Shown piece after piece: positions 43,579-55,500 of a stretch of DNA of 64,000 nucleotides. Numbering within the stretch: position 1 is the first letter of the stretch; every line of letters begins with the position of its first letter. Where the stretch lies: NCBI GenBank assembly GCA_937625935.1, contig OW569347.1:372001-436000 (forward strand), given 5' to 3'. The notes under the pieces were generated by a model that made no database searches, was not told the origin of the DNA, and saw only the letters and a list, made by a program, of their open reading frames with translations. This stretch comes from Tetramitus jugosus. Lineage: Eukaryota > Protista > Heterolobosea. The translations under genes and the position numbers were made by a program.

Positions 43579-45978
43579 TTATTTGCTTGGTTTGGAGATG
43601 ATGCGCAATGGATGAGCCTCCGTGTTGAACACCCACTCATCCAATGACACAATCGAGTGATCTTCGACAAACAGGAGGAACAAGTACTTGAGTGTTTCTG
43701 CGAGGAAGAAACTTTGTTGCATATCGTCGTGCACCGGTGGTATTTGGTCCACATTTCTAATACCGCTGTATCCATGCTCCGTCCTGCAATACTTTTCAAT
43801 CGATTCAAAAATGTTCCATCCCATCTCTCCATACTCTGTGTTGTTTGTGACACGATACAGGACAAATAGACTCTCTACGGTCTCTGGTCGAAGAATGTAG
43901 TGTCTGGCATCGAGTGATACATCTCCATTGTCTGCATTGAATCTGAATGTCTCTGGTCCCAGTCCAGTCTTACTCATCCGATATGTCTCATAGCATCCAT
44001 TCACGATTCCATGAGCCAATTGAATCATTGGATTGGCATATCTCTCATATCCATTCTCATCTACTGTTCGATCATTCAGATGGGAACGGGTTTTGAGTTG
44101 TGGTGATTGGATAGATGGTGATGAGGAGGAGGAGGACGACGACGAGAAGAGAGAGCCATACTTTTGGAAGAGTGAGGACTTGGAAGGTGATGACAGCAGA
44201 GAGTTCGATGATGATGGTGAATCCTTCTGTTCATCGTGAACGTGATGATGCTCACCTAGAGCAATCATTCCGGCCATGAAGCACACCAAGTGATCCTCCT
44301 TGTAATTGTAGTGACCATTGATCAATTCAGCAAGGAACACTGTCATGTCATTTTTCTTCTTATCACTCTTACTACTGTTCTCATTATTGTTGTTGTTGCT
44401 CTTGGGGTCATTCTGACTCTTGTCAAACACAAATGTCAATCGATTCATGATTCCAGTCACTGCTCGATTGTACATGTCTCTGTACATGCTCTCACTCTTG
44501 TTGGTCAACAGGTACTGCTTCAACAGATATTCATAGTACGAATCGCCCAGTGCACCCAACTTTGCCTGCACATCACCTGTCCACTGTGCTTGTTCAGGGT
44601 GGAACATGACAGGATAGAGTCCATCTGATGGTTCATGTCTCTTCATGACATTCATCACACGTGTCACTGCTTCGTCATACTGTGCATCACGAGTCAATTG
44701 AGACAATTTTCGAAACTCGAGTTGAACACTGCCAAACTCTGACAGGATACTAGACATGTGATTCCACGAATAATTCCTCTTTTCACCGGATTTGAAATTG
44801 ATGGATGAGTAGGGCAGGCCAGTGTTGCTAGAGAAGGCTGGCATCAAACAATCAGCATACTCCTTTGCTTTGGTGAGCAAGTTTTGAATCAGTGGTGCAA
44901 AAGTGGGTGCAGTTGATGCCATTGCAGATGATGCGCTCACACTGCTCATAGTAGTAGTAGCACTCATAGTAGTAGGAGTAGTAGTAGTAGTAGTAGTAGG
45001 AGATACAGTAGTGGCCATCTCATATGCACTCAACATTCCACCAATGACACGAATCGTTGTCTCAAACACACTACCATCCCAATCCAATATGGAACAGTGG
45101 GGAAATGATTCACTGGCCAAGTATTCGAGTGCTCTGTTGAATTCAGAGCTCATTCCCATGAGAAACATGGTGTCCAGTGAGTCAATCAATGTCATTGCCA
45201 TTTGATAATGATTGGGTGACAAGTGTTGATTGTGTGGATTCTTGGCCCAATTGTGCGTTGATTTACTCAATGGTTTCAACTCATCACTACCCATGGCATA
45301 CTTTTCATAATTGTGATAGGCGTGCATGAATGATTGACGAATAGAGTGACGACGATGCACATGACTCTTTTTTTCTTGTTGATTATTGTTATGATTGTTA
45401 TTCAATAATGATGATGATGATAAATGATATTCGTCCTTGATACGCATGGTTACAAATGGTTTCATGGATGGTATGACCTTACTCGGATCCACCATATTAT
45501 TCAAGTACCACTGTTTCATATAGATTGCTTCTTCTTGTTTCTTCTTTTCTTGTTCAACAGTCATGGCAGTAGTAGTAGTCGTAGTAGTCGTAGTAGTAGT
45601 AGTCGTCGTCGGCTTCATAGTTGATGCTTTTGTTGTTATTGTATCTATTGTTGTTGTTGCTGTTGTTATTGATGGTGGTGGTGGTGGTGGTGGTGAATTC
45701 TTGTATTTGGACACATAGAAGACAAATGTAAAGAGCAGTGACAGAATCAACAATGCAATCACAATGGATTGTTTGTTCCATTTCTTGTAATTGTGATTGC
45801 CCTTGATATTACTATTGTTGATGCTTGATGATGTATAATGCTTGGCATAGAGTGGTTGAACAGGTGATGATGACGACGATGAATCCATGATGGTTGTTGT
45901 TGTGTTTGTGGTTCGGTCATTGGTTCGGAGTCGATTGGACATGTTGGCCAATGATGAAGAGGCCTGCGTATTACTCAT
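43579..45978 (-). CDS. Class I alpha-1,2-mannosidase (GH47), type II membrane
   Basis: GSDELKP, TLIDSLDT, VFETTIR, GDSYYEYLLK, ILRPETVES, FFLAETLKY and FNTEAHP; TM segment IVIALLILSLLFTFVFYV. Confidence 0.95.
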   Translation of the reverse strand: MSNTQASSSLANMSNRLRTNDRTTNTTTTIMDSSSSSSPVQPLYAKHYTSSSINNSNIKGNHNYKKWNKQSIVIALLILSLLFTFVFYVSKYKNSPPPPPPPSITTATTTIDTITTKASTMKPTTTTTTTTTTTTTTAMTVEQEKKKQEEAIYMKQWYLNNMVDPSKVIPSMKPFVTMRIKDEYHLSSSSLLNNNHNNNQQEKKSHVHRRHSIRQSFMHAYHNYEKYAMGSDELKPLSKSTHNWAKNPHNQHLSPNHYQMAMTLIDSLDTMFLMGMSSEFNRALEYLASESFPHCSILDWDGSVFETTIRVIGGMLSAYEMATTVSPTTTTTTTPTTMSATTTMSSVSASSAMASTAPTFAPLIQNLLTKAKEYADCLMPAFSSNTGLPYSSINFKSGEKRNYSWNHMSSILSEFGSVQLEFRKLSQLTRDAQYDEAVTRVMNVMKRHEPSDGLYPVMFHPEQAQWTGDVQAKLGALGDSYYEYLLKQYLLTNKSESMYRDMYNRAVTGIMNRLTFVFDKSQNDPKSNNNNNENSSKSDKKKNDMTVFLAELINGHYNYKEDHLVCFMAGMIALGEHHHVHDEQKDSPSSSNSLLSSPSKSSLFQKYGSLFSSSSSSSSSPSIQSPQLKTRSHLNDRTVDENGYERYANPMIQLAHGIVNGCYETYRMSKTGLGPETFRFNADNGDVSLDARHYILRPETVESLFVLYRVTNNTEYGEMGWNIFESIEKYCRTEHGYSGIRNVDQIPPVHDDMQQSFFLAETLKYLFLLFVEDHSIVSLDEWVFNTEAHPLRIISKPSK

Positions 45979-46317
45979 CCTTTTGTGTGTGTCAAATGTC
46001 CCCTATGGATTGCTGTGGTTGTTCTTGGTTGTTGGTTTCACGTGTTTTTTCTGACTCTAGTCGGACCTTTCTGTGATGTGGAGGGAATCTCCGACTGCCA
46101 ATTACAGAATGACGGAAAAAAATTGTAATGATCCTTTTCACACACGAACTTGTTCTTCAAGGATTGATTCTTTTTTTTTGCGCTCGTTCATGCTGTGTGG
46201 AGTTTGTTCTTCTTTCTGGAGATTGATTTCCCACATAAAAAAAAAACCACAACCACAACCACACACACGTTCACACAACAAACCGACACACACACAACCA
46301 AAAACCAAACACGTACA

Positions 46318-47892
46318 ATGTCAAACAAAGCAAAGAAGGCAAGCAACAAGAAAATTTCTCTCGGTGACTTCCAAAAGATGACTGCCACCTCCAACGCCAC
46401 TCCCACTTCCTCTTCATGGGCTGATGAGATGGATGAGGATGAAGTCTTTGGCAGCAGCACTACCACTTCCAACACTTCTGGCACCACCACTGATCTCAGA
46501 TCATTGATTGATTCTAGTCAACAACAACAGTCATCATCATCACCATTTGGCAGAAGATCCTATGCACCATCCAACAATCAATTTGAACAGGGTGCTGAAG
46601 ACAGATCTTCTTCATGGTCCAGACATGAGAGCAGCAACAGTGGTGGTTTCAACAGTGGCAGCAGCTTCAATAGTGGTGGCTTCAACAGTGGCAGCAGCTT
46701 CAACAGACACGAGGGCAGCAGTTTCAACAGACATGAGAGCAGCAGCAGAGCTCCTGCTGAACAACACGAGATGCCAACTGAGGCACCATTCGTTCTCTTT
46801 ATCAAAAATTTGCCATTCCAGACTACGAAAGACGACGTAGCAGACTTTTTTGAAGAAGTGGCTCAAGTCAGAGTGGACAATGTCATTCTCCCAATAGACA
46901 GAGAAAGAGAAGGCAGAATCAAGGGCAGAGGCTATGTTGAATTTGGTGATTTGGAGTCTCTGAAGGCTGCTCTCGATCTCAACGGCAGAGGATTCATGGG
47001 CAGAAACATTTTTATTGATCTCACTGACCCAGATACTGCTCAAAAGATGACCATTCTGAACAGAGAAGGTGGTGGATTCGAGAGAGGTGGTGCCATGAGA
47101 GAACCAACCATTGCTGATCAAGCAGATTCTTGGAGAGGAAACGACGGTGGTGCAAGACCTAATCTGTTTGGAAGATCCAGTGGTGGTGGTGGTGCTGGTG
47201 GTGGCAACAGACAATTTAATAGATACAATGAACGTGACGATGAAGAGTCATCCTTTGAGGAGAGAAGACCGAGAAGAGAGAGAGAACCAGAAGGACCATC
47301 ATTTGAAGAAAAGTTTGCCATGCAAAGACAACGCAAGCAAGAAGAACGGCCATATCAACAGAGAAGACAAAACAACAACAACAGACCATCCAGATACAAC
47401 AACAATCAAGAGATTGATGAGAGTGATCCATTGTTTGCAGCCACCAGTGCTCAAACAGAGAGACCAAAGCTCCAACTCAAGGAAAGAACTGTTGCTCAAC
47501 CAACTGCCGCCAAGACTACCTCTGGTTCCATTTTCGGAGAGGGCAAGGCATGGGAGGAGACTGATGAGTTGAGAAACCGTGTAGAAAAGTTGGCTGTTGC
47601 CGAGAAGAAATCTTCTGCTACTACGACACCAAAACAACCACAACAAAGCAACAATGCTGAAGAAGACAATGACGGATTCGAACAAAGAATTGAGAAGAAG
47701 GCTTATCCAAAGAAGAAGGGTATGGACTTTGCAAACTTTAAGAGCAGATCCAGCAACAGAGACGTTGAACGTTCTCGATCTGAACCTGTTGCTGAAAAGA
47801 AGGAAGAAAAGCAAACTGTGAGCAGTGGCAAGAAACAAGACAAGCCAAAGACTGATAACGCATGGGCTGCTCTTGAATCTGTTGACGAGTAA
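46318..47892 (+). CDS. EIF4B: Translation initiation factor eIF4B-like RRM protein
   Basis: KKISLGDF, SWADEMD, RRM (LFIKNLPF / KGRGYVEF), ERPKLQLKER and SIFG motifs. First ATG is at 46318. Confidence 0.85.
   Translation: MSNKAKKASNKKISLGDFQKMTATSNATPTSSSWADEMDEDEVFGSSTTTSNTSGTTTDLRSLIDSSQQQQSSSSPFGRRSYAPSNNQFEQGAEDRSSSWSRHESSNSGGFNSGSSFNSGGFNSGSSFNRHEGSSFNRHESSSRAPAEQHEMPTEAPFVLFIKNLPFQTTKDDVADFFEEVAQVRVDNVILPIDREREGRIKGRGYVEFGDLESLKAALDLNGRGFMGRNIFIDLTDPDTAQKMTILNREGGGFERGGAMREPTIADQADSWRGNDGGARPNLFGRSSGGGGAGGGNRQFNRYNERDDEESSFEERRPRREREPEGPSFEEKFAMQRQRKQEERPYQQRRQNNNNRPSRYNNNQEIDESDPLFAATSAQTERPKLQLKERTVAQPTAAKTTSGSIFGEGKAWEETDELRNRVEKLAVAEKKSSATTTPKQPQQSNNAEEDNDGFEQRIEKKAYPKKKGMDFANFKSRSSNRDVERSRSEPVAEKKEEKQTVSSGKKQDKPKTDNAWAALESVDE
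46640..46746 (+). repeat. Coding tandem repeats (GGFNSGSSFNS / SSFNRHE) in eIF4B
   Basis: Repeated ggtgg(t/c)ttcaacagtggcagcagcttcaa and ttcaacagaca(c/t)gag units. Confidence 0.8.
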
Positions 47893-47926
47893 ATCATCTT
47901 TTAATTTGTTTAGTAAGCGTTTTACT

Positions 47927-49852
47927 TCAATATTCGTCCATCGTTCCAACTTCCTCGACCTGTAAACCATCTTCGTTGGGCAGGTCATCCTTCTTCCCTT
48001 TGGCCACATTTGAATGTCTGACAAGCATCACCAACACACTGCTGGAGATTGTCAATATACTGGCGACAGCACATAGCACGTTGTAGCCAAAGTGTTGGAT
48101 AGGAACAGTCTTGCGCTCAGACATTGCGTTGCCGATCATCAATAACAAACCTCCAAGTGGACTAGACAACACGGTAGGCAAGTTCTGAGCTAGTTGAAAC
48201 ATAGCAATTGACTTGGCGACTTCCTTTGTACCAATGATGTCGTTGGCCAGCGACAAATCAGTTCCATAATAACTTCCGGAACCCAGACCGACAAATATGC
48301 TGAACAATAAGATTAAATTGTAGTTTGTGATGAAGCACATGGCAACACATCCGATTGATACGAGCAAACCACTAATCATAATCACAGGCTTTCGACCAAT
48401 CTTATCGGACAGAATTCCTCCAGTAATACTGCTGCACATGCCAGACAGCAAAATGATGACCATGAATGCTGCCAAGGCTTGCTCAGCTGATTTCAAAATG
48501 TCAGACCACACGATAAACTTGTAAACAGGGCCAACTTTATCCTTGAGAAAATAGAGACCGAAGGTTTGAATCATTGTTGTTCCCAGAGTGAACATGAATC
48601 GTGTCAGAAACGTCCATAAAAAGTCCAAGTTATGGAACGGAGATAGGAATGAACCACAGATGAGCAGTGCTTTTCGCAGAGGAGACACACCAGGATTCGT
48701 TCGATTTTTGTGATCCTTTGGCTTGCGAGCAATGTTGACGATATCGATCTCTCTCACATACAGCACCTGTATCACCATATTCACCAAAATCATGGCAGCA
48801 ATTGTCAGACAGATGGGCAATGGGCCAATGAGTGGATAGAGATAACCAAACAGCGCAACAGCAATACCGATTGATATGAGATTAACAAAGCCGTTGATGC
48901 CACTCACGAGACCCATCTGACTCGTCGGAAACAACTCTGGAATGAGAGCGAGATAGGCAGTGATGACAATGACGAGTGCCACATTTCCAATCACTGCTGC
49001 AACTGCATTCAACACAAAGAATGCAGTGTATCGACACGGTAGAAATCCTCTCACAATAAACGTAATGGCATAAAGGATACTCCCAATGATAATGAACGGT
49101 GTTCTTCGACCTGTGCCGATGCCTCTGAAACGACTGACCTTGGATTGGATGGGCCACCACCATCTCTGTTGTTGTTGAGCGAGAGGTGCACCACCTTCTC
49201 CTCTGTTTGCCTCTTCTTCATCATCCATCGATGGATGAGAATGATCCATGGACAGCCACTCATCTGATATGTAGCCTGATATGGGACCAGCCAACATTCC
49301 GCACAATGCAACCACGAGCCCTACAATTGCCAACATTTGTTCCTTCTTCTCCTCACCAGTGTACTCTATCACCTGAAGAGGCAAGTATATGGCCTGACTG
49401 AACGCTTGACCAGTGCATATACCGAATTGAAAGAGACTAAAGACAAAGATGAACCAGGGACTCTTGGGAGAGATGACAGTGGAGGCTGATGATGATGATG
49501 CTGATGATGATAGCGATGATTGTTGTTGTGATGACTCACTCGATCGAATCATCTTGTATTCCATCTGGTTTGTGACTAGAGTTGCTCCATCAGTAGTCAT
49601 CATCATGGGTGAATTGGGTGAATGAAGGGACTCTAGTGATGAAGATGACACAGATGACAATAATTCGTCCTTGGTGTTGTTGTAGCTGTGGTCTCCTTCT
49701 TCTTCGTCATCCATGCTTGTTGTTGTTGTTGTTGTCATGGTCATCAAGGGAATGGACAACGGATATCTGCGAACAGGAGTCAGTAGATCACTGACGTCAT
49801 CATCCTTATTAATTGGTGTGCTGTTGTCGATGTCGTACGAGGTGAGGGGCAT
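47927..49852 (-). CDS. Major facilitator superfamily transporter (SLC45/sugar-cation symporter-like)
   Basis: About 12 TM segments; motif-A copies GYISD…GRRTPF and GILSDKIGRKP. Confidence 0.88.
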   Translation of the reverse strand: MPLTSYDIDNSTPINKDDDVSDLLTPVRRYPLSIPLMTMTTTTTTSMDDEEEGDHSYNNTKDELLSSVSSSSLESLHSPNSPMMMTTDGATLVTNQMEYKMIRSSESSQQQSSLSSSASSSSASTVISPKSPWFIFVFSLFQFGICTGQAFSQAIYLPLQVIEYTGEEKKEQMLAIVGLVVALCGMLAGPISGYISDEWLSMDHSHPSMDDEEEANRGEGGAPLAQQQQRWWWPIQSKVSRFRGIGTGRRTPFIIIGSILYAITFIVRGFLPCRYTAFFVLNAVAAVIGNVALVIVITAYLALIPELFPTSQMGLVSGINGFVNLISIGIAVALFGYLYPLIGPLPICLTIAAMILVNMVIQVLYVREIDIVNIARKPKDHKNRTNPGVSPLRKALLICGSFLSPFHNLDFLWTFLTRFMFTLGTTMIQTFGLYFLKDKVGPVYKFIVWSDILKSAEQALAAFMVIILLSGMCSSITGGILSDKIGRKPVIMISGLLVSIGCVAMCFITNYNLILLFSIFVGLGSGSYYGTDLSLANDIIGTKEVAKSIAMFQLAQNLPTVLSSPLGGLLLMIGNAMSERKTVPIQHFGYNVLCAVASILTISSSVLVMLVRHSNVAKGKKDDLPNEDGLQVEEVGTMDEY

Positions 49853-50028
49853 GAAATGGATCAGAGATGTTTCGTTGTTTTTTAATCTTTGTTGTGTGAG
49901 TTCTTCTTGAGGTGACGCTCAGAAGTACCCGCGCCCGCGGAGGAATGAAATGGGAGTTCCGAAGGAAAAGCACAAGAAGTTTTTTTGAAAGGGATTGACA
50001 TGGCAACCCAACGCTTTTATTCAAGTGT

Positions 50029-51636
50029 TTACTCTAGTTGACGCTCCTCGGTATCTCCCCTCTTATTTAAGCAAATGTACGCGTCAGTTCCAAGTCCTTC
50101 TAGTGACATGACCTGAACATCACCACCCCAGTATTGACAATAGACACGACTCAAAGGAAGACCATAACCCAGTCCAGCAAGTGGAGCCTCCTTCATATCT
50201 TCATCATTTGCATAATTGTAGTTGGCAGTCGTGTACAGGTAACTCCAAATCTTGGGCATGTCTGATCTCGCAATTCCCCCACCCTGATCCGATATCCGAA
50301 TGCAAATATCTTCATTTGTGTCACTGTCTGCAATAGTGACCTCGATGGGAGGAAGATTGCCGCTGTCTCCGTGCTTCTCACATACAGCTCTCATTGAATT
50401 CTTCAATAATTCAAACAATACATAGTACAGATGACTTGGTACATAGGGAAAAACACTGTTCAATCCAGGACCTGAAACAATCACATCAGGCACATCCAAG
50501 TGTGCTCTCATGCAAATCTCTTTGGCATCTTCAATTGCATCTTGGGCCACAAACCTTGGTGAAGTTTCCTTACAAATCAATCCCACATACTTGCTGTCGG
50601 CATACTCTGGGTTCATGTATGTCTTCAACAGCTCTAAATGCTGACCAATTAACATTCTCATACCAATTCTGTTGATGTAGAAATTATCGAGCGCTTGGTG
50701 CAAATCGACATAATTCGTCATATCAACCAGATTCAAGGACTTGAAGACTGAGTAGGCATATTCCATCTTCAATTCGTGAACACCTCGGGCCACGCTGATT
50801 GTTGTTGGAGCATGTCTGTCATACACCTCCTGAAGCATCTGAGAGTACTCTATTTGCTCTTTCATATTCACTGGGGGCATTGCTTCAACAACCTGCCTCA
50901 AACTCGTTGTATACCAATGTCTGACTACATTGACACTGGGCATCAAGTTCAATCCCTTTGGAAATTCATTCAAGTACTTGACCTGTTTCGCTAATCGAAC
51001 TTTCAACTCCTGATGCAACCATCTACAGCTCTCAATCAATACCTGCTCTGTAATTGAGTCTCCAAATCGTATCAATGATTTCATACTGACTGTTTGATGT
51101 GATTGAGAGGCCAATTCTTGAAACATTAAATTCAATCTTCTCTCCTGTTCCACTTCAGCCTCTGTCAATTGAACATTGTTGTTTGGCTGTGGAAATGAAT
51201 CACTTGCAGCCGTATAGGGAGTGTGATGTGTCAGGGAGGATGTAGGACCAGAGGCTCCACTGAGACTCGTACCTCGAAACATGCCAGGAGCACTCTTGCT
51301 TGCCCTGTTCGATGTTTTCACCTGTTCCAAATGCATGGCACTCCGGGATGCATTGTGATCAATAACGCCAGCACTACGATTCGTAGCCATACTCTCATTT
51401 GCACTAGTAGCAGGTGCTGCATGACTTGCTGGACCACTTGCCGGTGGAAGCCGGTGTTGATGACTCTCAGACAAGATCAAATTATCCAGTTGAGACTGTG
51501 GGAAAGCAGTAGAATATTTCTTTTGGTGGCGATGACAATGTGGATGGTTGATGATCATTCTCTGAATCATATCACGTGTCAGATTGTGACTTGTAGTCAA
51601 CTTGTGCAAGTTCATAGTAGTACCTAATCTTTTCAT
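50029..51636 (-). CDS. PDK: Mitochondrial pyruvate dehydrogenase kinase / BCKD kinase family
   Basis: ELKVRLA, FYINRIGMRMLIGQH, FELLKNSMRA (N box), ISDQGGGI (G1), YLYTTA and LAGLGYGLPLSR (G2); N-terminal presequence-like region. Confidence 0.93.
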   Translation of the reverse strand: MKRLGTTMNLHKLTTSHNLTRDMIQRMIINHPHCHRHQKKYSTAFPQSQLDNLILSESHQHRLPPASGPASHAAPATSANESMATNRSAGVIDHNASRSAMHLEQVKTSNRASKSAPGMFRGTSLSGASGPTSSLTHHTPYTAASDSFPQPNNNVQLTEAEVEQERRLNLMFQELASQSHQTVSMKSLIRFGDSITEQVLIESCRWLHQELKVRLAKQVKYLNEFPKGLNLMPSVNVVRHWYTTSLRQVVEAMPPVNMKEQIEYSQMLQEVYDRHAPTTISVARGVHELKMEYAYSVFKSLNLVDMTNYVDLHQALDNFYINRIGMRMLIGQHLELLKTYMNPEYADSKYVGLICKETSPRFVAQDAIEDAKEICMRAHLDVPDVIVSGPGLNSVFPYVPSHLYYVLFELLKNSMRAVCEKHGDSGNLPPIEVTIADSDTNEDICIRISDQGGGIARSDMPKIWSYLYTTANYNYANDEDMKEAPLAGLGYGLPLSRVYCQYWGGDVQVMSLEGLGTDAYICLNKRGDTEERQLE

Positions 51637-52006
51637 TCTTTTTAGCTTCAATTCTCAACTATATTGTACAGTAGGTGGTGTTGTTGTTGATATTTTTTAA
51701 AGCACGCACAAACGGGTGCACAGCTGCGAGACCAAAGGATAGAATCGCATGCACAATCACTTCGCATCTAAAATTAGTTGTTATCGAAGTTTTGCTGGCG
51801 CGCTATTAGGATTTGGTTTTTTTCCTTCCCGAAAAACTGTTCATCTCCCGCCATTGCCTCAAATGTCAAACAATCTAGATTCTCCGTTCCAAAACACATT
51901 GACACTTTGCACTGCCCATCAAGTTCACTTTGTTGCATACATACATTCGAAAAACAATTTCAACTGCCCTATTATTTATTTATCTATTTATTTTTTGTGA
52001 GACAGT

Positions 52007-52539
52007 ATGCGATGTTCCATTGAATTGCTGAGGAAGGATGCCTTGAAAAAGAAGCACCTGATTACGACGACGAGCAGTGGCAACGTGAATGGAAATCAAC
52101 AATTGCCCTCCTATCACTGGGCTCACTCCACGTTCAATCATCATCCTGATTCATCATCAAGCAACAACAACCACACTGAACAACAACACCACGCAAATCA
52201 CAATGGCAACAATAGGGCCACCTCGAATGATGATTCTGGACGGCCACTCATGAACAATCATCATCACATGCACATGTCAAGCAGCATGATTTTGTTTCAT
52301 CCGGAAACTGTGCTGAGAGAGTTCAATTGTCATTCCATGTTGGCCAATTGTCATGCTTTGTTACAAACGACGACAATCAATGAACCATGCGTATCCTCTG
52401 TTTCATCATCATCCATACCATCATCACCCACAGTCGCACTCCCCAGTACACCCATGTTATCATCATCATCGTCATCATCACTGCTGTTATCACCTACTCA
52501 TTCTACTACTTCTTCGAATACCACTACTGCCAATATGAA

Positions 52540-52580
<41 letters not shown>

Positions 52581-55500
52581 CACAGATGATGGCCATCTCT
52601 CCTCAAAAGATTCCTCTTCTTCAAAAATACTATTCAAAGATGATTTGTATGAACGCGTCTCAAAATGGTCGATTCATTGTCATTGGCCTCAAGAACAATA
52701 ATCTTCTCGTGTGGGAACCCTGTTTGGCCAATGGGTCATTGTTCATGTTGAAGTCACCGGATCATTTACAGTTGAATCACGTGGTGAACAACAACAACAA
52801 CAACAATGCCAGTCACAAGAATAAGAGTCATCAGAGTAGCAATCGATATGCAAATCGAACCAATACTACGACCAGTGCAACCAACAACAACAACAACAAC
52901 AACAATAACAACAAACTGATGACGAATGCTGGTGATGTGCGAGTGAACACTCCACTACCTCTACACTCGAACAGTAGTAATAGTAGCAATAGTGGAGGTG
53001 GAAGTGTTATGGCGAGTCACAATACGAGTATCAACATGAGCGGTGGCAGTCCACCTAACAGTTCATTTTTGAGCTTGAATCCACAGTCGTCATCTCCTCC
53101 CTTGTCCTCCTCTCCATTGTCATCATCGACAATGAGCAGTACTTATATGCAGCAGCTGCAGTCAAACAAGAGACACTCGTCCACATTTGTCATTCCACCC
53201 CTGTCTCTCCACAACATTCAACAACAGCAACAGCAGCAGCAATTACAAACACCACCAATGGCACCCTACTCTCCCATCGCCTACTCTCATTTTGCTGCTG
53301 CGACAACGACGGCGACTAGTAGCAGTAGTTCGAGATATGGTAAGCACCAGGGCTCTGCAGCAACCACGACAACGAGCTCTTCTGGTGTTGGATCTTCAAT
53401 GAGAAAGCGAATATTGAGTGGTTTGGGTATATCCAACTCTAACAAAAATCAACGAAAGCGATTACTGAAGCATGTGTCTATATCTGATGATGGGCGCAAC
53501 GTTGTCATCATCACTGTTGATGGTCAAGTGTGGATGTGGGATCGATATATTCATGACCCGTACGAGTATCTAAACAATAGTACAAATACGACCCAAACTC
53601 AATTTGATGCCAGTGGAATGTTTTCGGCTGAATCATCGAACGAAGAGCACGCAACAGATGCTCGACAATCCTCCAACTATTCTACCCAAAAATCAAATAA
53701 TTTATTATCAGGAACGAATCAAAAGGTCTCCAGTACCGAGTTGATTGGAGAGTGGACAATCTTGCCTTCTCATTCAATTCCCGAGCGAAAGACAGATTTG
53801 GAGGAGCAATCCTTTACCGTTCATTTTTCGAATAATCCTATTCATGGACGTGTTTGTAATATATCTTCAGCTGCTGTCGTTTCTCTGAATGTGAATAATG
53901 AAGCATTCAACGATATCCATCAATCTGATGGATCTACGGGTATGCCAATGACTCACCGAGCATCAGATGTAGGAATGACCCATCGAGCATCAGATGTCGG
54001 AATGACCTATCGAGGAGATTTTGATCGTGAGTCAGTCGATTGGCCGATTACTCTCACACCGAGGGCAACAACTCCCAGAGCGACTCCGAGAGCATCAACA
54101 CATCAAACGAACAATCCTCCATCATCGTCAAGAAGAAATAGCAGTTCAAACATGGTGACAATTCAAACACCTAGATCGAGATCGTATTCATATGCGTCAA
54201 CTGGTGTCCCTTCGAATCCATCAATGAACGTGCCTTCACAGTCGAAAACACCTCGTACTAATGGTTTAATGATTAACATTCCAAAGTTATCCCTTCCTGA
54301 CGCTTCCAACAGCGCAACTCCTCGTAAACGATCTATATCTACCCCTCTCGCTTTGCCAAATCTACCAGAGAGACGGAGTGACACCAAGACTGTTTTCGAT
54401 CATCATGGAACTGATTCATTTACTGCTAAATTTAAGAAATATATTCCAGATTATGCTGTTGCAAGAGGAGAGGTTAGAAGGTGTCTTGTAGTGACAAATA
54501 GCAGAGTGTTTCTATCCAAGAGAAGGTGGAAAATGTGTTCCAATATTCAACCAACCTCACCCATTATTCACCCCGATTTTCCAGTACAAGATTATTCACC
54601 ATTCATTATTGATGTGCACAAGGCATTTACCATCGTATCAGGTGAGGTTGGGTACTATGATGGATCAAAGATCAAAATCGCAAAACATGTAAGTTACTCA
54701 TTCTCACAACATAGCGTTGCTTTTGAATATATCTAACCTGTTTTATTGTTTTCTTTTAGAGAGGGCTGAATCAATGTATTTTGAAGTGGGATTCCGAGGG
54801 TACAATGATGGCAATCCTCGCAAATAATGTATATCAGAGCTATGACACTTCACTATATTTCTATGCTCCTTCACAGAATATGAGTCATGGAGTACATTAT
54901 GGACAGAAATCATTTATCGAATTGTTAGACAATCGATCATCACGTAGCACAACAGATATCATGTCATATTGTGTACAGGACATCAGTTGGTCTTGTAATA
55001 GTCAGTTTGTTCATTTAATTGACTCAAAGGGAAACCTATCATTGATTAGCAGGCTCGGAGAGTTTGTATGGCTTCAAGAGGGCAAGTCAAAACCAAGGTA
55101 TTTCATAAGAAAGGCAAAGGAAACAAATCTCTCTACCGTATGTCGATTTACATTATTATTTTCAATTGTTTCATGCGATCTTAACTTTTTATTGTTGCAG
55201 AGTTATCGATTGAGTAGCCATCCGGATCTGCCGATTGTGTCAGTTTGTGATGGTTCATCTATCTCTTTTTTCCGGTTGCCACAGGCTGATATGGTCAGCG
55301 TAGTCAAATCGTTTGCTCAAGCAAGCTATTCAAATGAATTGGGACCATATGATATGACAATTCAAGCTCCTCAAACTATGATGCATATTTGGAGGATGGT
55401 CATTTCCCATCCTCTTTTACCTTATGTTCATCACACAAGTGCCAACTTTCTCAATGTCATTATTGACAAGGTGTGTGAAAGTATATGTACTAGAGATGGC

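Noticed and set aside
50029-51636. Histidine-kinase-like ATPase boxes suggesting a two-component system
   Set aside because: The N-terminal domain and motifs are those of PDK/BCKDK; no phospho-His or receiver domain is present.
53948-54014. 27-bp repeat resembling a CRISPR repeat in length
   Set aside because: No spacers, an in-frame coding repeat, a eukaryotic context and no cas genes.
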